A DNA stretch of 64,000 nucleotides from Chrysemys picta bellii (lineage: Eukaryota), in assembly GCF_011386835.1 (NCBI RefSeq), contig NC_088805.1, positions 27,962,001-28,026,000 on the forward strand, written 5' to 3'. The position numbers and the translations under genes were made by a program. The notes beneath the pieces are model-generated. The model did no database searches. It was given only the letters and a program-made list of their open reading frames with translations, and was not told where the DNA came from. How positions within the stretch are numbered: the stretch's first letter is position 1; every line of letters starts with the position of its first letter. Below are positions 12,136-24,155 of this stretch, piece by piece.

Positions 12136-12391
12136 TTAATGGGGATATGGGGGAAAGAACACAGAGATGATGATCTCTAAATCTTTCAGTTGTCTGTTCT
12201 TAACACAGCAAGGCCCTTAATTCTAATAGCACTGACTTCTAACCAGCTCTTTTTCTTTCGGTTTTATCTACTTACATTAGATTATTTGCACTGGAATTTC
12301 TGCACAAAAATACTTGACAATGGGATTGGGAGAAGAAACAAATTGCTATTAATCACTGTAATAACAATGGCTTTTTTTAACAGCAGGTATA

Positions 12392-12397
12392 AATAAA
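12392..12397 (+). terminator. Candidate B3GNT4 polyadenylation signal
   Basis: AATAAA about 860 nt after the stop, followed by a U/GU-rich stretch (ttttgagtgtttacattg). Confidence 0.4.
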
Positions 12398-15300
12398 TAC
12401 AGTTTTGAGTGTTTACATTGAGTATTCTTGTTCTACTGGAAGTACAACTGAGATGAGACTATCAAAAATAAATCCAGGGTTATCTGACAGCTGCCTCCAT
12501 CAGAGGTTACACAGCTGTAAATGGAAAATCTATCTGAATGGCTTTGTGGGAAGTGGGACTTGCTAATTAATGGCCTTGTGGCGGAGTGTGGTATAAATCC
12601 CTACACAGGTCCTATGTCACCTTGGTGCTGAGTCAATCCCTTGAGTAAAGTTCAAGCTGACCCATCCTCCTGGGTACTCATCTGGAGCTTTTCAACTTCA
12701 TGAAATAATCCAGCCTTGCACTGCTGTGTTGCAGGTGAGAGGAGGAGGCCTGGATGTGGTAGTAAAGTGCTGCTCTTGGAGGAGCGAGACCTCAATTCTA
12801 GTCTGATTGCTATGACCTTGGCACCTGCAACTGGAGGGGCAATACTACCACACAGATGTGAGATGGTCCTTCATTTATGTTTGTTTGTAAAGTGCTTTGA
12901 GATCCACTGCAGGGAGGTCTCTTATCAAGAGAAACTGAGGGATGTAGAGGGTAAATTGCATCCTTCCACAAGGCAAGGGAGAGGAGAGTTTGACAGAGCT
13001 GGTACTAGAAGCAAGAAATTTCTGCTTCCCTGTCTTTTAAGTTTGTGACGAGACTGTTTAAACTACATCAAATCAATGGATTCTTATGTTGTGGGTTCCT
13101 GTTTGCCAGTGTATTATGCCTTCACTGTCACTACTCTGCTTGCTTTTATTAGTGCTTAACCTGAATTGCCTTTCTCGTTACTTCTGATGTTCTTGTCAAT
13201 TCCCTTTTGGTGTTGGAGGGTCTCACCATTTTACTTAGGGTTGTAGTTGTCTGAAGGCACCAGGGATTGTAACCTTGGATACTATTCCACTTGTCACTGT
13301 TGTATGATACTTGCTCACTGTTCCTATAGTGGACTCTGCCCTGGGATAAGCACGCGATTCCTAAGAATCTAGGAAGAGATCATAGAAATAGATAAGCAGT
13401 TGAAGAGGAGGATGTTTGAAAGCAGAACTGCCATTAAGAGACTAGCCCATAATGTGGGTTCATTTTTACCTAAACTTAACTTTCAGGTCACAGATTATTT
13501 TTTTATTAAGAACAATATAAGTCTCTAATGAATACTACTGTACCTGCCCACCTTTCTGTTCAGGTGTAGTAATTCCTGATGAAGGGTTAAAAACATGATT
13601 AGGAAGGTGTTTAAGTCTGAAGTGTTTCTGTGTTGCTCTATTTGTAATGTAGGCATAAGGTAGGGTAGTAAAACTTAATGCTTGGATTTTTAGGAGAGAG
13701 AGGGGAAGCTTGTTCACTGGACACGGATATTCTCTGTGGGCACTTTTCATCCATTTCCAAAGAGGTGTGTGAGTCACTTGTGTGTGTGTTGCTATCCAGG
13801 ATAGGGGTTGGTACCTTTTATGAAATACTACTGTATAATTTCTTTGTTACCCTGGACAATCCCAGATACAAACTCGGTGGGATACAGTAAGAAATAACGT
13901 TTAGCGTGCCTCTCCAAGCACTGTACAAACTAGCATGTGGTGATAAGCTGCTATCAGTCGATAGGACTGGAAAGGACTTTGCCTCTCTCCAATGGCAAAG
14001 TAGACAAATTAGTTTGGGTGTTAATGACGCATGTTACAGGGCTGAGTTTACAGTTGCAGAGGTATGTGTGTGCTGTCTTAGCAGAATAGTGATACATTAC
14101 AACTGCGACCAAGTGAAGAAGGAAACAGAAGTTGGTTTGGGTGAGAAGCCTGACTCAGACAGGAAACGTTGTTCTGCTTTCCAGGGTACTACATAAATAG
14201 AATCTAATCTTTTCGTGATAGTCTATGCCACACAAACGTGTGACAGAGCTACACTGGCACCTTCGCAGGCACGAGGGCTGTACCAATGACACGTATATCC
14301 AGCAATGCTAGTACATGCAATTTTGGATGATAAATATAAATGGCTTGGCACCAGAACTCCGCCCCCCCCCCCAGCTAATCTGCAGCTGCTCAGATTTGTT
14401 CACACCGTGCAGTTAGAGAGAGAGGCTGACCCCATGTGGCACTGTTGCTTGCTTAGAGCCTTGTGCCAACAGTGCAACTGCAAATAATTCCCCCCTCCCT
14501 CCCCTCTGTTAGGGGTGGTTCCCATAATCCTCCATCCTAGAACTGTATTCAGGGGTCCTTAACGGCTGCTATGACCATCACCAAAGTGTAAATTGATTGT
14601 TGTTTTTGGAAGAGACTCACTAGTAAATATAGGCTTTAATTTAACCTCTAACTTAGTGTTATGAAAGTATTCACCCTCCACCTGTAAGATTTCTTCTGGC
14701 TAGGGGCCGTGAAAATATTTTCTGATACATCTTTTCATTTGATACCAATGCCCTTTGCACAAACATTTACAAACCCAAACATTTGATTGCAACGAAGCAA
14801 ATATCAGCCAGGAAATATTTTATTTCTTACTAATGCAGGAGAGTTACAATTACCTAAGGTTACTCTGCACTCTTTTCTTGTGTAGTTTAATCTAACTATA
14901 GTTTAAAACTCCCCATTAGCTGCAGTCACACAGTGCTACAGGGATCCCATCCCCTTGTTAAAAAGGTAAAATGGAAATGAAGTTCAGAAACATATTCTCA
15001 GGGAAGGTGGTATTGGGGTGGAAGACTTTCAAACACTCAGTGCTAGTTATAAATGCCAAAACAAGTCCAGAACCTATAATCTAACACAAGAATATCACGA
15101 AATCTTGGGGCGGGAACTTTCACACGGACTGGGGTCCTGTAGAAAATGGCACTTTAAACAAATTTAACAATTACTAATACACAGAAGTCTGTTTCTCTAA
15201 ACCATACCTATTGGCTAAATATATATTACCAATACTCAGCTGTCTTGTAATTCAGCATTACACAAATATTAAAGGGAGATTTTCATAAAAATCTAGTCGC

Positions 15301-15877
15301 CACCGTTCTACAGTACAGATAATAAAACAGCACATGAATTTGGGGAAAATACAACCATATATTCAATACGAAATTAAACTGCTTAAATGACATAAAGGGA
15401 AAGAAATGAGATACTCATGAACTGCTGAAATGTGGTTTGAAAACCCAGCATGCAGTGAAGCGCTGTCATTTGACTATCAAAGAGGAAGCTACATTTTTCC
15501 TGCAATTTGGAGCAGACTACAGCTACGCTACTTGAAAATTTACATTCTGAGCACTGTGTTGTGAGATCAAATAGCATTTGCCGCTATTTGTGGTGTGTCT
15601 GCCTTTGCAACACTATGTTCCCTATTGACACACGCACTATTTTAAATGTGGCACAGCAACAAAATCCTTCCTTCACTACAATGGAAAACCAGTTGTATTG
15701 CATCATGCTGGTTGTGTTCCTATTAGATTACAAGCAAGTCTGCATAAACACATCTACCATACTCTATACTACAGTAATCACTGAGTGTAGATCTTACAGA
15801 TTTCCAAGATTTGTAGCAATTCTATCAGTTGTCTTCTTTTGATACAATTAAGTGCAATTAGACTACAGTAGTTTGCG

Positions 15878-15883
15878 TTTTAT
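15878..15883 (-). terminator. Candidate DIABLO polyadenylation signal
   Basis: tttatt on + (AATAAA on -) about 620 nt past the stop. A more distal candidate lies at 14818-14823. Confidence 0.45.
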
Positions 15884-16503
15884 TAAACAATGAGATATCC
15901 ATTATGAATTGTCACAGTCAAAATAATTAGAAAATAGCACTAAAAAAATCAACATTGTTAACCAAACTGACTTTCTGACAATGAAATGTAATTCTGTTGT
16001 TCGACTAGAGATATAATACCCACTAAGATTAACTTGCTTCATAGACTAGAAATAATTATTTTTAAATGTCCCTCTTTGGTTGCAATCTACAATTAGTTTT
16101 AGACATTGGGAATTTCCAAGGGTTTAGTATTAAATCATCTGAATTAGACCCTCATGGCAGCAGACCCAAACACTCATCAACAAAGTATCTTTAACAGCTA
16201 ATTTCACATTTGCATAGTTGTACACTTAAATAAAAAATTACTAACAATGCATATTATAATAATGGTAATTTAAAAAATAAAGAAGTTTCAAACACCTGAA
16301 TCTGGCTGGTGGCTAAGGTATAGCAGATCTGTGGGGGAGAAAATTATTGCCCACTGCCACCAATTATCAACAGATGGCATGCCTGTCTTCAATGCCTTTT
16401 CCTTATCCAACATCTATTTTCTTAATGATGTGGGAAACTCAGGGCCCTGGAATTAGTGGTATGCTATCAGATACTCCAAAGGTGATATTTGGAAGGTTTT
16501 TTT

Positions 16504-16718
16504 TCAGTCTTCGCGAAGATAAGACTCTTCGACTTCCTCTGTGGTTTTTGGGATACTGCATGGCTGTGACGATTCCTCAACTTTTGTGTTAATGAGCTCT
16601 TCTGTCTGAGCTTCAGCTAACTTGGTCTCTGCTTTCTGTGACAGCTGTCGTACCTCTTGCACCTGTGTTTTCACCAGCTGAATATGGTTGCGAGCTGTCA
16701 CTGAAGCTTGATCTGCAC
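16504..16718 (-). CDS. DIABLO: DIABLO exon 6 ([16 protein letters not shown]...EESYLRED*)
   Basis: Acceptor tttttcag; TGA at 16504-16506. Confidence 0.95.
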
Positions 16719-19700
16719 CTGAAAAACACAGTAATTTAAGTAAATTCATTCAGAAACAGCCCTTATGATAAAACACCATCAATTAAGACCAGGATTAAGT
16801 TGGTAGTAATTAAATATCATGTTTTACTAAACTGTTCATGTTCTAAGCAAATCAGACAGTTTTGAAAACATAGTTTACTCCTCTTTATTGTCGATTAATA
16901 ACTAGATATTTTTAGACTGTATTATCATATGACGGAATGGGAATTTTTTTCTCAGAATATCCCTCCCAACAAAGTTTGGATTGCCAATTAGTGCAAAATT
17001 AGGTTGTGATTTTCTGTGATGTGGCCACATGGTCTGTGAGAAATAAACCAAGATGAACAATCATCACATGGTAGCAATTTTCAGTCACTAGTGGTCTATT
17101 CTGGATTTGAACCTGCTGTCTATGTGAATGACTATATTACAGTACTTGAACAACCTAGTCTTCTCACTATTTCATTAATATTATATTTAGTTTCAAGAAT
17201 ATTTCTTAGTCAAATTTATACTACAATTTTTCCTTATTTCCTTAAATGAAATAATCAGGTGTTTGTTATTATTTAATTTAAATAATTAGATAATTGTATT
17301 AAATTATGGTTTTCAGAAGTACACCTCTACCTCGATATAACGCTGTCCTCGGGAGCCAAAAAATCTTACTGTGTTATAGGTGAAACCGCGTTATATTGAA
17401 CTTGCTTTGATCCACCAGTGTGCGCAGCCCCGCCCCCCCGGAGCATTGCTTTACCGCGTTGTATCCGAATTCGTGTTATATCGGGTAGCGTTATATCGGG
17501 GTAGAGGTGTACTAAGCACTTCAATTGAAAATACAGAGGAACTGAGCAGCTGTGTCCTCCGTGGAAGACACAGGCAGCTCTGAAAATCAGACCATGTGAT
17601 TCTCGCTCTGCACGCTAACTAAGCATATTTAGATTTAGTGTCAAGCTTGCCTGCACCTTTTTAATAATAAATACTGCCTATTTGCCAGGGGAAAGTTTGC
17701 TAAAAAATTACAAATTCCAGCTGATACTGAGGAGTGTATTACAGTAATGCCCGAATACCTGATTGATATGCAGCTTCTGCTGCCATCTCTGAAAGATGTA
17801 AAGCAGTCATCCAACTGGATTCTAACTTCAGGAATTCTTGCTGCTTTGTAGTCATCTATAATTAAAAACAAAATGTCATGTAACACTGTTTAACACTATC
17901 TGAACCCACTTTTTGTAAGACACTCTTACAGCCATGTTAAATTAATGAATGGAGAAATATTTCTTAAATAACAAAAAGGAGACAAATTGATGACTGCAGA
18001 AGTTAGTTAATTCTTTACCTCAACTCTTGCTCCTATGATCACCTGCCATACTGCATCCTCCTCTTTGGAATTCATTTTCCCAAGAAGATTTGTATATTGC
18101 CGGTAGAGAGAGACCAGTGTGTAAACTGCCTGCAAAAGAGCATAAGTCTAGCACAGCTACTTGAGAAAAGTACTCAAAATATGCAAGTGCTACTTACTTT
18201 CAAACTAATTTTGCATCTGCTGATGTTCTCACATTATTGTCTTATGTTGCACAGTAGACAAAAATGGGAAATGATCTAACACTTTCTCTTGTTTTAATCC
18301 CCTATAATATTTAGTGAGGAAATCATTTCTGGATAATCTCAGAAGTGCTTTTTGAACTTTGCTTTTGCTGGTATTGTATTAGTGTTCATTAATGTAATTA
18401 ATCTGAAACAATGTGTTGAAAAGATTTCATTGTAATTCAAGTCTAGAAAAATTAGAAATTGACAGTTTAATATTGTAAAACAAGTTTTGTGATATCCTAG
18501 AAACTTAATAGTAACAGCACAGATAGAACTCTGATTCTCCTGCTGAAAAAGCAAGTCTATTAGCACTTGAGCTAGAAGAGAACCTCCCTTGAAATAAGGA
18601 CCCATAATACACAAACACTTTGATTCTATCTAGCAGAGGGCAGTAGTACATATACACAAAAACTAGCCAGTTCATTACACATTTTAGAACTGAAATATTG
18701 CCAAACTGCTTATTTTGTATGGAAAATCTTGGCAGGAATGAGACATAATGGATAAATTCTCCTTATGCATGTCAGTCTTCAATTTCTGCATTTACTTATC
18801 TACAGTGATATATTAAAGGCAATGCTAATCAGTAGTTAATTTAATATGGACAACTATTCTGCTTAATTTGGCACTTTTCAAATTTCACATTTGTCACATT
18901 TCAAATAGGCCTTTTTAGAGTTTCAAACTCAGATTGGAAAAATATTTGTTATTGATGAAACCTACATATTGTTCTTGCCTAGAAAAGAAGTCAGGAAGGT
19001 AATGGATGTATTTTTAAAGAATGCTTGATATCTGGCTTTGGTTTTCTCTGTCTAGATATTAGACTACTATTTGCAAAGTTTAGCCTCACTGCTCATGTGA
19101 AGGGTCCACATTTCAGGAAGTAGTTCGTGCCCGGGCTTCTCTTGAAGAGAGTTTCACAAACCTCTAAAAATCGCTTGTGCCTTGGATCACGATCACTCCA
19201 AAACAGCAGCAACACCTCCTCTATTGTCCACCAGGGACATGTTCAGTTCACTTATTTTGACATGTCTGATACACCAATTCAAGCTGAACTGCTACCCCAG
19301 AAGCTCTACATCCCTGTTTGACTTCACAAATCAATGTAAGTCCATTTTAGGTATAAGAGCTGATTTAATAGTTGCAGTTAGAGCTTGTCTTTGTGAGAGA
19401 GTTAAATACTCCAGCTGTTGCAGTATTAACTTTGTACTAATGTAGGCAGTCACTCATCTTACCTTTGTATACTCTGTTAATGCTTCAATTAATGCATATG
19501 TTGTTTGAGAGAGAAGAGTACAAGTACTGTCTGTTACCAGAGAAATTGCCCTTCTAATCAAGGCTTCATGACTGAGAGAAGTGGGCTCATGTTTCTGAAA
19601 GACAAAAGATTTACACAGCCTTTACACTGGTTTTCAAAGACAGACAACTTATAATAAAAATGTCTTTTCCGGTAAGCAAAAAAAACCCCACAGGAGCCAT

Positions 19701-22700
19701 TGCTAAAAATAAATTGCTGGTCTGCCTTAACTCTTAAATAACTAACTTCTGAAAAATAGAACAAAATTTTACTCCAATAGTTCCATTCTCTTCTTCTCAT
19801 GTCCTGTAACTGCTTCTCTGCAGGGCCTACATTTCAGGAAGTAGTTCACCAAAACATATTTTCCTGCAAGTTTTTTTTTTATTTTTTTTTTTACAACCAG
19901 TTTTTCTATTTTTATTTCCCAGTATTTGCCTGAGTCAGAACATTGTAATATATATGCAAAACATATTCTTATCTTGTTTCCTGTCTGATGGTTATCAGTG
20001 GGTTGTAAAAGTTCAGGCACACTAGGCAACATGCAAGAGCTGAAACTCTGTTAATTACATACCAGGACCACAAGTAAATTTCCCCCTATGAATTGTGGGC
20101 TTTGCTCTATTAATAGTGGGATTCCTGAATGATGTGCCATGGCAGCTTGAGGCATCACAAAATAACAGCAAGTAATTTTCAATAATTTTATTATAAAATA
20201 GTATTTTAGTTATGGGACAACTGACACTAGGGCAAATCTATTTTACGTTGCCACTGATCTTTAAAAGTGAATGATGGTTTCTTGCTAAGTGGATTTAAGT
20301 CATACTCTTTATAGTGGAATCACTTTAAATTCATGCTTCTTTTAAAAGTCATCTAAGATGCAGAGAATTTCTAGATGTCCAGCTATGTCCCAGAAAGCTC
20401 AGTGGGCATACTGCAATATGCATACTAATAACATCATACAATAACTGGGTGGTTGTTTTAATTAATACAAGAAATTGGTCTATTTGCCACAAGCACACTC
20501 TTCCATCAAACACCTTAGAATATTAAAATCCGTGTAATGTATATTCACTCCAGTACATTTACCTGTACAATAGGGACTGCACACAGGGCTACTCCAAAAC
20601 CCACTCCCACCATTTTGTTCCATGGGCCACTCAGTCCTGAGAAACAGCGTCTCCTAGCGTTAGCCAGAACAGGAAAACGTTGTCTGGGAACGAGAAACAA
20701 AGATAAGCACGCAGACAGCTGCACACTGGGAAATAAATATTCTGGAGGAGCAGAACACTTTGGGGGCAGAGACTTTTTTTTTTTCCACGCTATGTGTTTG
20801 CCTAGCACAGAGTCCTGCCCATGACTGGGTTTCTGACGCACTACCACAATACAAATAATACATTTGTTTGTTTTACAGTTAATTACCTAATCACAGTCTC
20901 AAGGAAAGATACAAGCTAAACAATTTGTGTATTGTAACTTCAGTAATAAGCTTATTGTCAGCAATTAATATAATTAACATGGATACAAAGCATTCAGATT
21001 AATAATAAAATACACTAACAGGGTCAAGTAAGCAGAACAGTAGGTTTATAATCAGAGGTCCTGAAACCAATACTTATGCACGTTTAACTTCATAGACAGG
21101 TAGTCAGTCCTATTGTAGTCAACGGGATTATGTCAATGTAAATGTGTGCTGCATCAGGGCCTTATTGTTGAACTAAAATAGTATGGTAGTGTATCAAATC
21201 ATAAGTGAAAAGCATCTATTCTCTCCCTCACTACATTTATATGGTTTGAAGGTCAGATTTCTGAGAATGCACGATCAGTTCATTTTATAACTCATTCTCA
21301 AATTGTGACCTGTGGAACAGTGGTGGTTTGCGGAAGGCCGGTTTATCATTTGCAGCAGCTAAATGGCATTAAAAGACAACTAAAACAAGCTACATTCTGT
21401 TTAATATCACTTCTCCTGATAAGCAATTGCTGTAGTTACTACAGCCATGTTATATGATCACAAATGAGAGGTGGTCCACGTAGCTGAAAAAAAGAGCAAG
21501 AATACCATCTTCATATTAAAATACAAAAATACTCAACTAAATGAACAGTGCAGTGAGAACTAAATGTATGAGCCAAGCCACCTCACTCTCACAAGTTCCC
21601 ACACAGAAGTCAATGAAACTTTTTGTATAAAGCAAACAATAATTGCTCACACTGTCTTTAGCACGTTACAGACTTAAAGGGCCCCTGCCAGATAATTTAG
21701 GCATAAACTTTAAAAATAATGATAATAGAAGTGATTATTACTTGTATTTATTATCCAAACAAAAACTGTTTTAGATTTAAACATTCTCCATAACTATTTA
21801 CAACTCAAACACTGCACTAGTTCATGGGAACCAATACATGAGACCGACTCTTAGCAAAAGTGAGAACAGCCTAATTTCACTATGTAAATTGAGGGAATTA
21901 TGAAAATGTAAACAGTGAAAATTAAGAGATTTAAAAATTAATTTCCCCCATATTTTTACTTAGCTGGGACTGCTTGTGTGCTTACAGTTAAGTACATGCA
22001 TAGGTGTTTGGAGGTTCACGGTATTAAGCAAACCAAATAAGGAGCCTAATCTGTTACAATGTGTTACTTTGATAAGAGTCAAGTTAACAGGCTGGTACAA
22101 CAGATAATGTTAGAAATAGTTTTCCATTTGGTTTAGACCAACTGCCAGCCTTGACCCATGCACTAACTGTGAAAATAAGTCCTGCAGGGACACGGGGGAG
22201 GGGTGTTGTAAAATAATTTTATTTTCAAACTTCAGAGTGTGTATCACGCAAAAAATGGGGCAGCCCAAAGTTCCTTTGTAGCCACTGTAAGGAGCAGCCC
22301 ATTCAAAATGGGTGAGTCCCAAAGGTCAGACCTTGCCAATGACCCTTTCATTGCTGTAGCCCTGGTTCGCCAAGGATCTCTAAGCGCGGGGCTCACCCCG
22401 CTTTACTAAGGGGAAACTGAGGCACGGAGGGGTGCGGTCAATGGCCTGAGGAGCTACGCAGCGGTCTCATGGGTTAGGCGGTAAGGGGTGTGGCGCGGTG
22501 GCGGAAGAGATCTCGGGGGCACCGGAGGTTTCCGAAGCGGGAGGAGACACTCGGGCTCACAGGCGGGGAGCGGGTCAGAGAGGAGGAGGCGGCGGCGGCC
22601 CGCCGGGAGGTTACACCGGAGTCTCAGGGGCGATCGGGGTCTAGGGCGGAGCTCTCACGGGGGGGAGGGGGGAGGTTGCCAGGCGATACCTGAGCAGGGC

Positions 22701-22742
22701 GGAGCAGCACCGGAACCACCGGCTACGCACAGCGGCCGCCAT
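16504..22742 (-). CDS. DIABLO: DIABLO / Smac mitochondrial IAP antagonist, 242 aa, spliced
   Basis: complement(join(16504..16718,17759..17855,18019..18129,19463..19594,20563..20683,22690..22742)) = 729 nt. All introns are GT-AG and in phase. It encodes a presequence, the AVPI IAP-binding motif and C-terminal YLRED. Confidence 0.96.
17322..17509 (+). mobile_element. Tc1/mariner (Tigger-like) MITE in DIABLO intron 5
   Basis: 22-bp TIRs cacctctacctcgatataacgc / gcgttatatcggggtagaggtg (1 mismatch), flanked by TA at 17320-17321 and 17510-17511. Confidence 0.9.
17759..17855 (-). CDS. DIABLO: DIABLO exon 5 ([32 protein letters not shown])
   Basis: 97 nt, AG/GT bounded. Confidence 0.95.
18019..18129 (-). 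CDS. DIABLO: DIABLO exon 4 ([37 protein letters not shown])
   Basis: 111 nt, AG/GT bounded. Confidence 0.95.
19463..19594 (-). CDS. DIABLO: DIABLO exon 3 ([44 protein letters not shown])
   Basis: 132 nt, AG/GT bounded. Confidence 0.95.
20563..20683 (-). CDS. DIABLO: DIABLO exon 2 ([40 protein letters not shown])
   Basis: 121 nt, acceptor ttctcgttcccag, donor gtaaat; contains AVPI. Confidence 0.93.
22690..22742 (-). CDS. DIABLO: DIABLO exon 1 coding part ([18 protein letters not shown])
   Basis: GAGATGGCG start, 53 nt ending in phase 2, donor gtatcg; lies inside a CpG island. Confidence 0.9.
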
Positions 22743-23011
22743 CTCCTCGGGACTAGAGCAGGGCGGCGGCGCGCCGGAAGTGACGCAACACCCGCCCCCA
22801 GAGGCGTGGGGCTCCGCCTCCTAGAGACTCGCCCTGCCCTTAGCGGCGCAGCCGCAGTGGTCTGGCCAGCCGGGGGAGGGGAGCGGAGCCGCTGAGCGCT
22901 GCTAATAACGGGGAGGGGGGGGTGTGTCTCCAGAGTCCAGCCCCGCCCCTCGGAGGGAGGGGGAGGAGCGGGGACCCGAAGTGCTCAGGGGAGGAGGCGG
23001 AGAAGAGGCAG

Positions 23012-23160
23012 GGCGGGGGCGGGGACTGGGGGGCAGGAGGTGGGGCCGGGAGGCGGGGGCGGGGACTGGGGGGGCAGGGGGTGGGGGTGGGGCCGCGAGG
23101 CGGGGGCGGGGACTGGGGGGCAGGAGGCGGGGGCGGGGACTGGGGGGCCGGGAGGCGGGG
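23012..23160 (+). repeat. G-rich minisatellite, four copies of GGCGGGGGCGGGGACTGGGGGG
   Basis: Units start at about 23012, 23052, 23099 and 23126, with variable spacers. Confidence 0.85.
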
Positions 23161-23384
23161 CCGAGCACCCACCCGGCAGAGGGGAAGCCGGCGCCTGTGC
23201 CCCCAGTTTGAGAGCAGCCGCTGATAGTTATTGCGAGTCGGGCCTGTCTGCACCTGCCTGACCGTCATTTCCTCTAGACCCTGTCGCCCTAGGTTGCTTT
23301 CAGCCTGTCCTGTGAACTGTGTCAAAATCCGGCTCCCCCATGTCCCGCTTCCCCTCTAGCCGCTAGCCCGGTAACCCTTCGGAG

Positions 23385-24155
23385 AAGGGAGGTTGGTTTG
23401 CCATGATTTGTTCTTGTTACATACATGCTGGCTATTACTTGGAACCCTGTTATCCTGTAGGTGCTTACAAATGGATTGTTTAATAATTTGTTCCAGGTAT
23501 CGAAATTCGCCTGTCAGGGCTAGCGTTCCCGAGGTCGTCTTTGTCCCTGGTTTGAAAGATCGGTACGCTGGCCTCCTCCAGTCCTCTGGCACCTCACTCT
23601 TCCTGCGTGCCTTTTCAAAGATCATTGCTACAAGCTCCAAGCTTGCTTCAGCTAGTTTCTTAAGTACTTAGCTGTCTTCACTAGCTCTAACTTATCTTAA
23701 TCTTAATTATGGTAAGTGTCTGGGCACAATTAACATTTTTCATGAAGACTGAAGCAAAAGAGGCATTAAACTCCTCAGCCTTCTTCATGTCATCTGTTAT
23801 TTGCTCGTCTTTTCTGCTTAGTAGAGCACCTACACGGTCTCTTGTGCCTAATGTAGTTAGAGACCCGCTTCTTCCTGTCTTTTATGTCTCTTGCTAGGTG
23901 TAACTAATTTGTGCTGTTCTGATTTTGCCAATACGTGTTTGTGCTGTTGATTTGTACTCAGCAATTTGTCCATGTTTTCACTTTTTGTAGGATGCCGTTT
24001 TGATTTTTAGGTCATTAAAGAACTAATGGAGTCATATTGGCCTCTTACTAGTCTGCCTAGCTCTCCTTCACATTGGGATAGTTTGCTGTTGTGCCTTTAA
24101 TATTATCTCATTGAGAAATTGTCAATGCGTCTGAACTTTTTCCCTTATGGTTTGG
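23385..24155 (-). pseudogene. Degenerate internal CR1 ORF2 fragment
   Basis: The minus-strand translation IFEKARRKSEVPEDWRR...EQIIKQSICKHLQDNRV.SNSQH resembles the CR1 pre-RT region. It is frameshifted and has no 3' tail. Confidence 0.75.

Larger units (their letters stand above)
22380..23350. promoter_or_regulatory. DIABLO CpG island promoter with ETS-CRE composite site and GC boxes
   Basis: CCGGAAGTGACGCA at 22774-22787, multiple GGGGCGGGG boxes, and very high GC/CpG content. Confidence 0.8.

Noticed and set aside
22488-23325. Several Pro/Gly/Arg-rich ORFs on both strands
   Set aside because: They result from stop-codon scarcity in the DIABLO CpG island and G-rich minisatellite.
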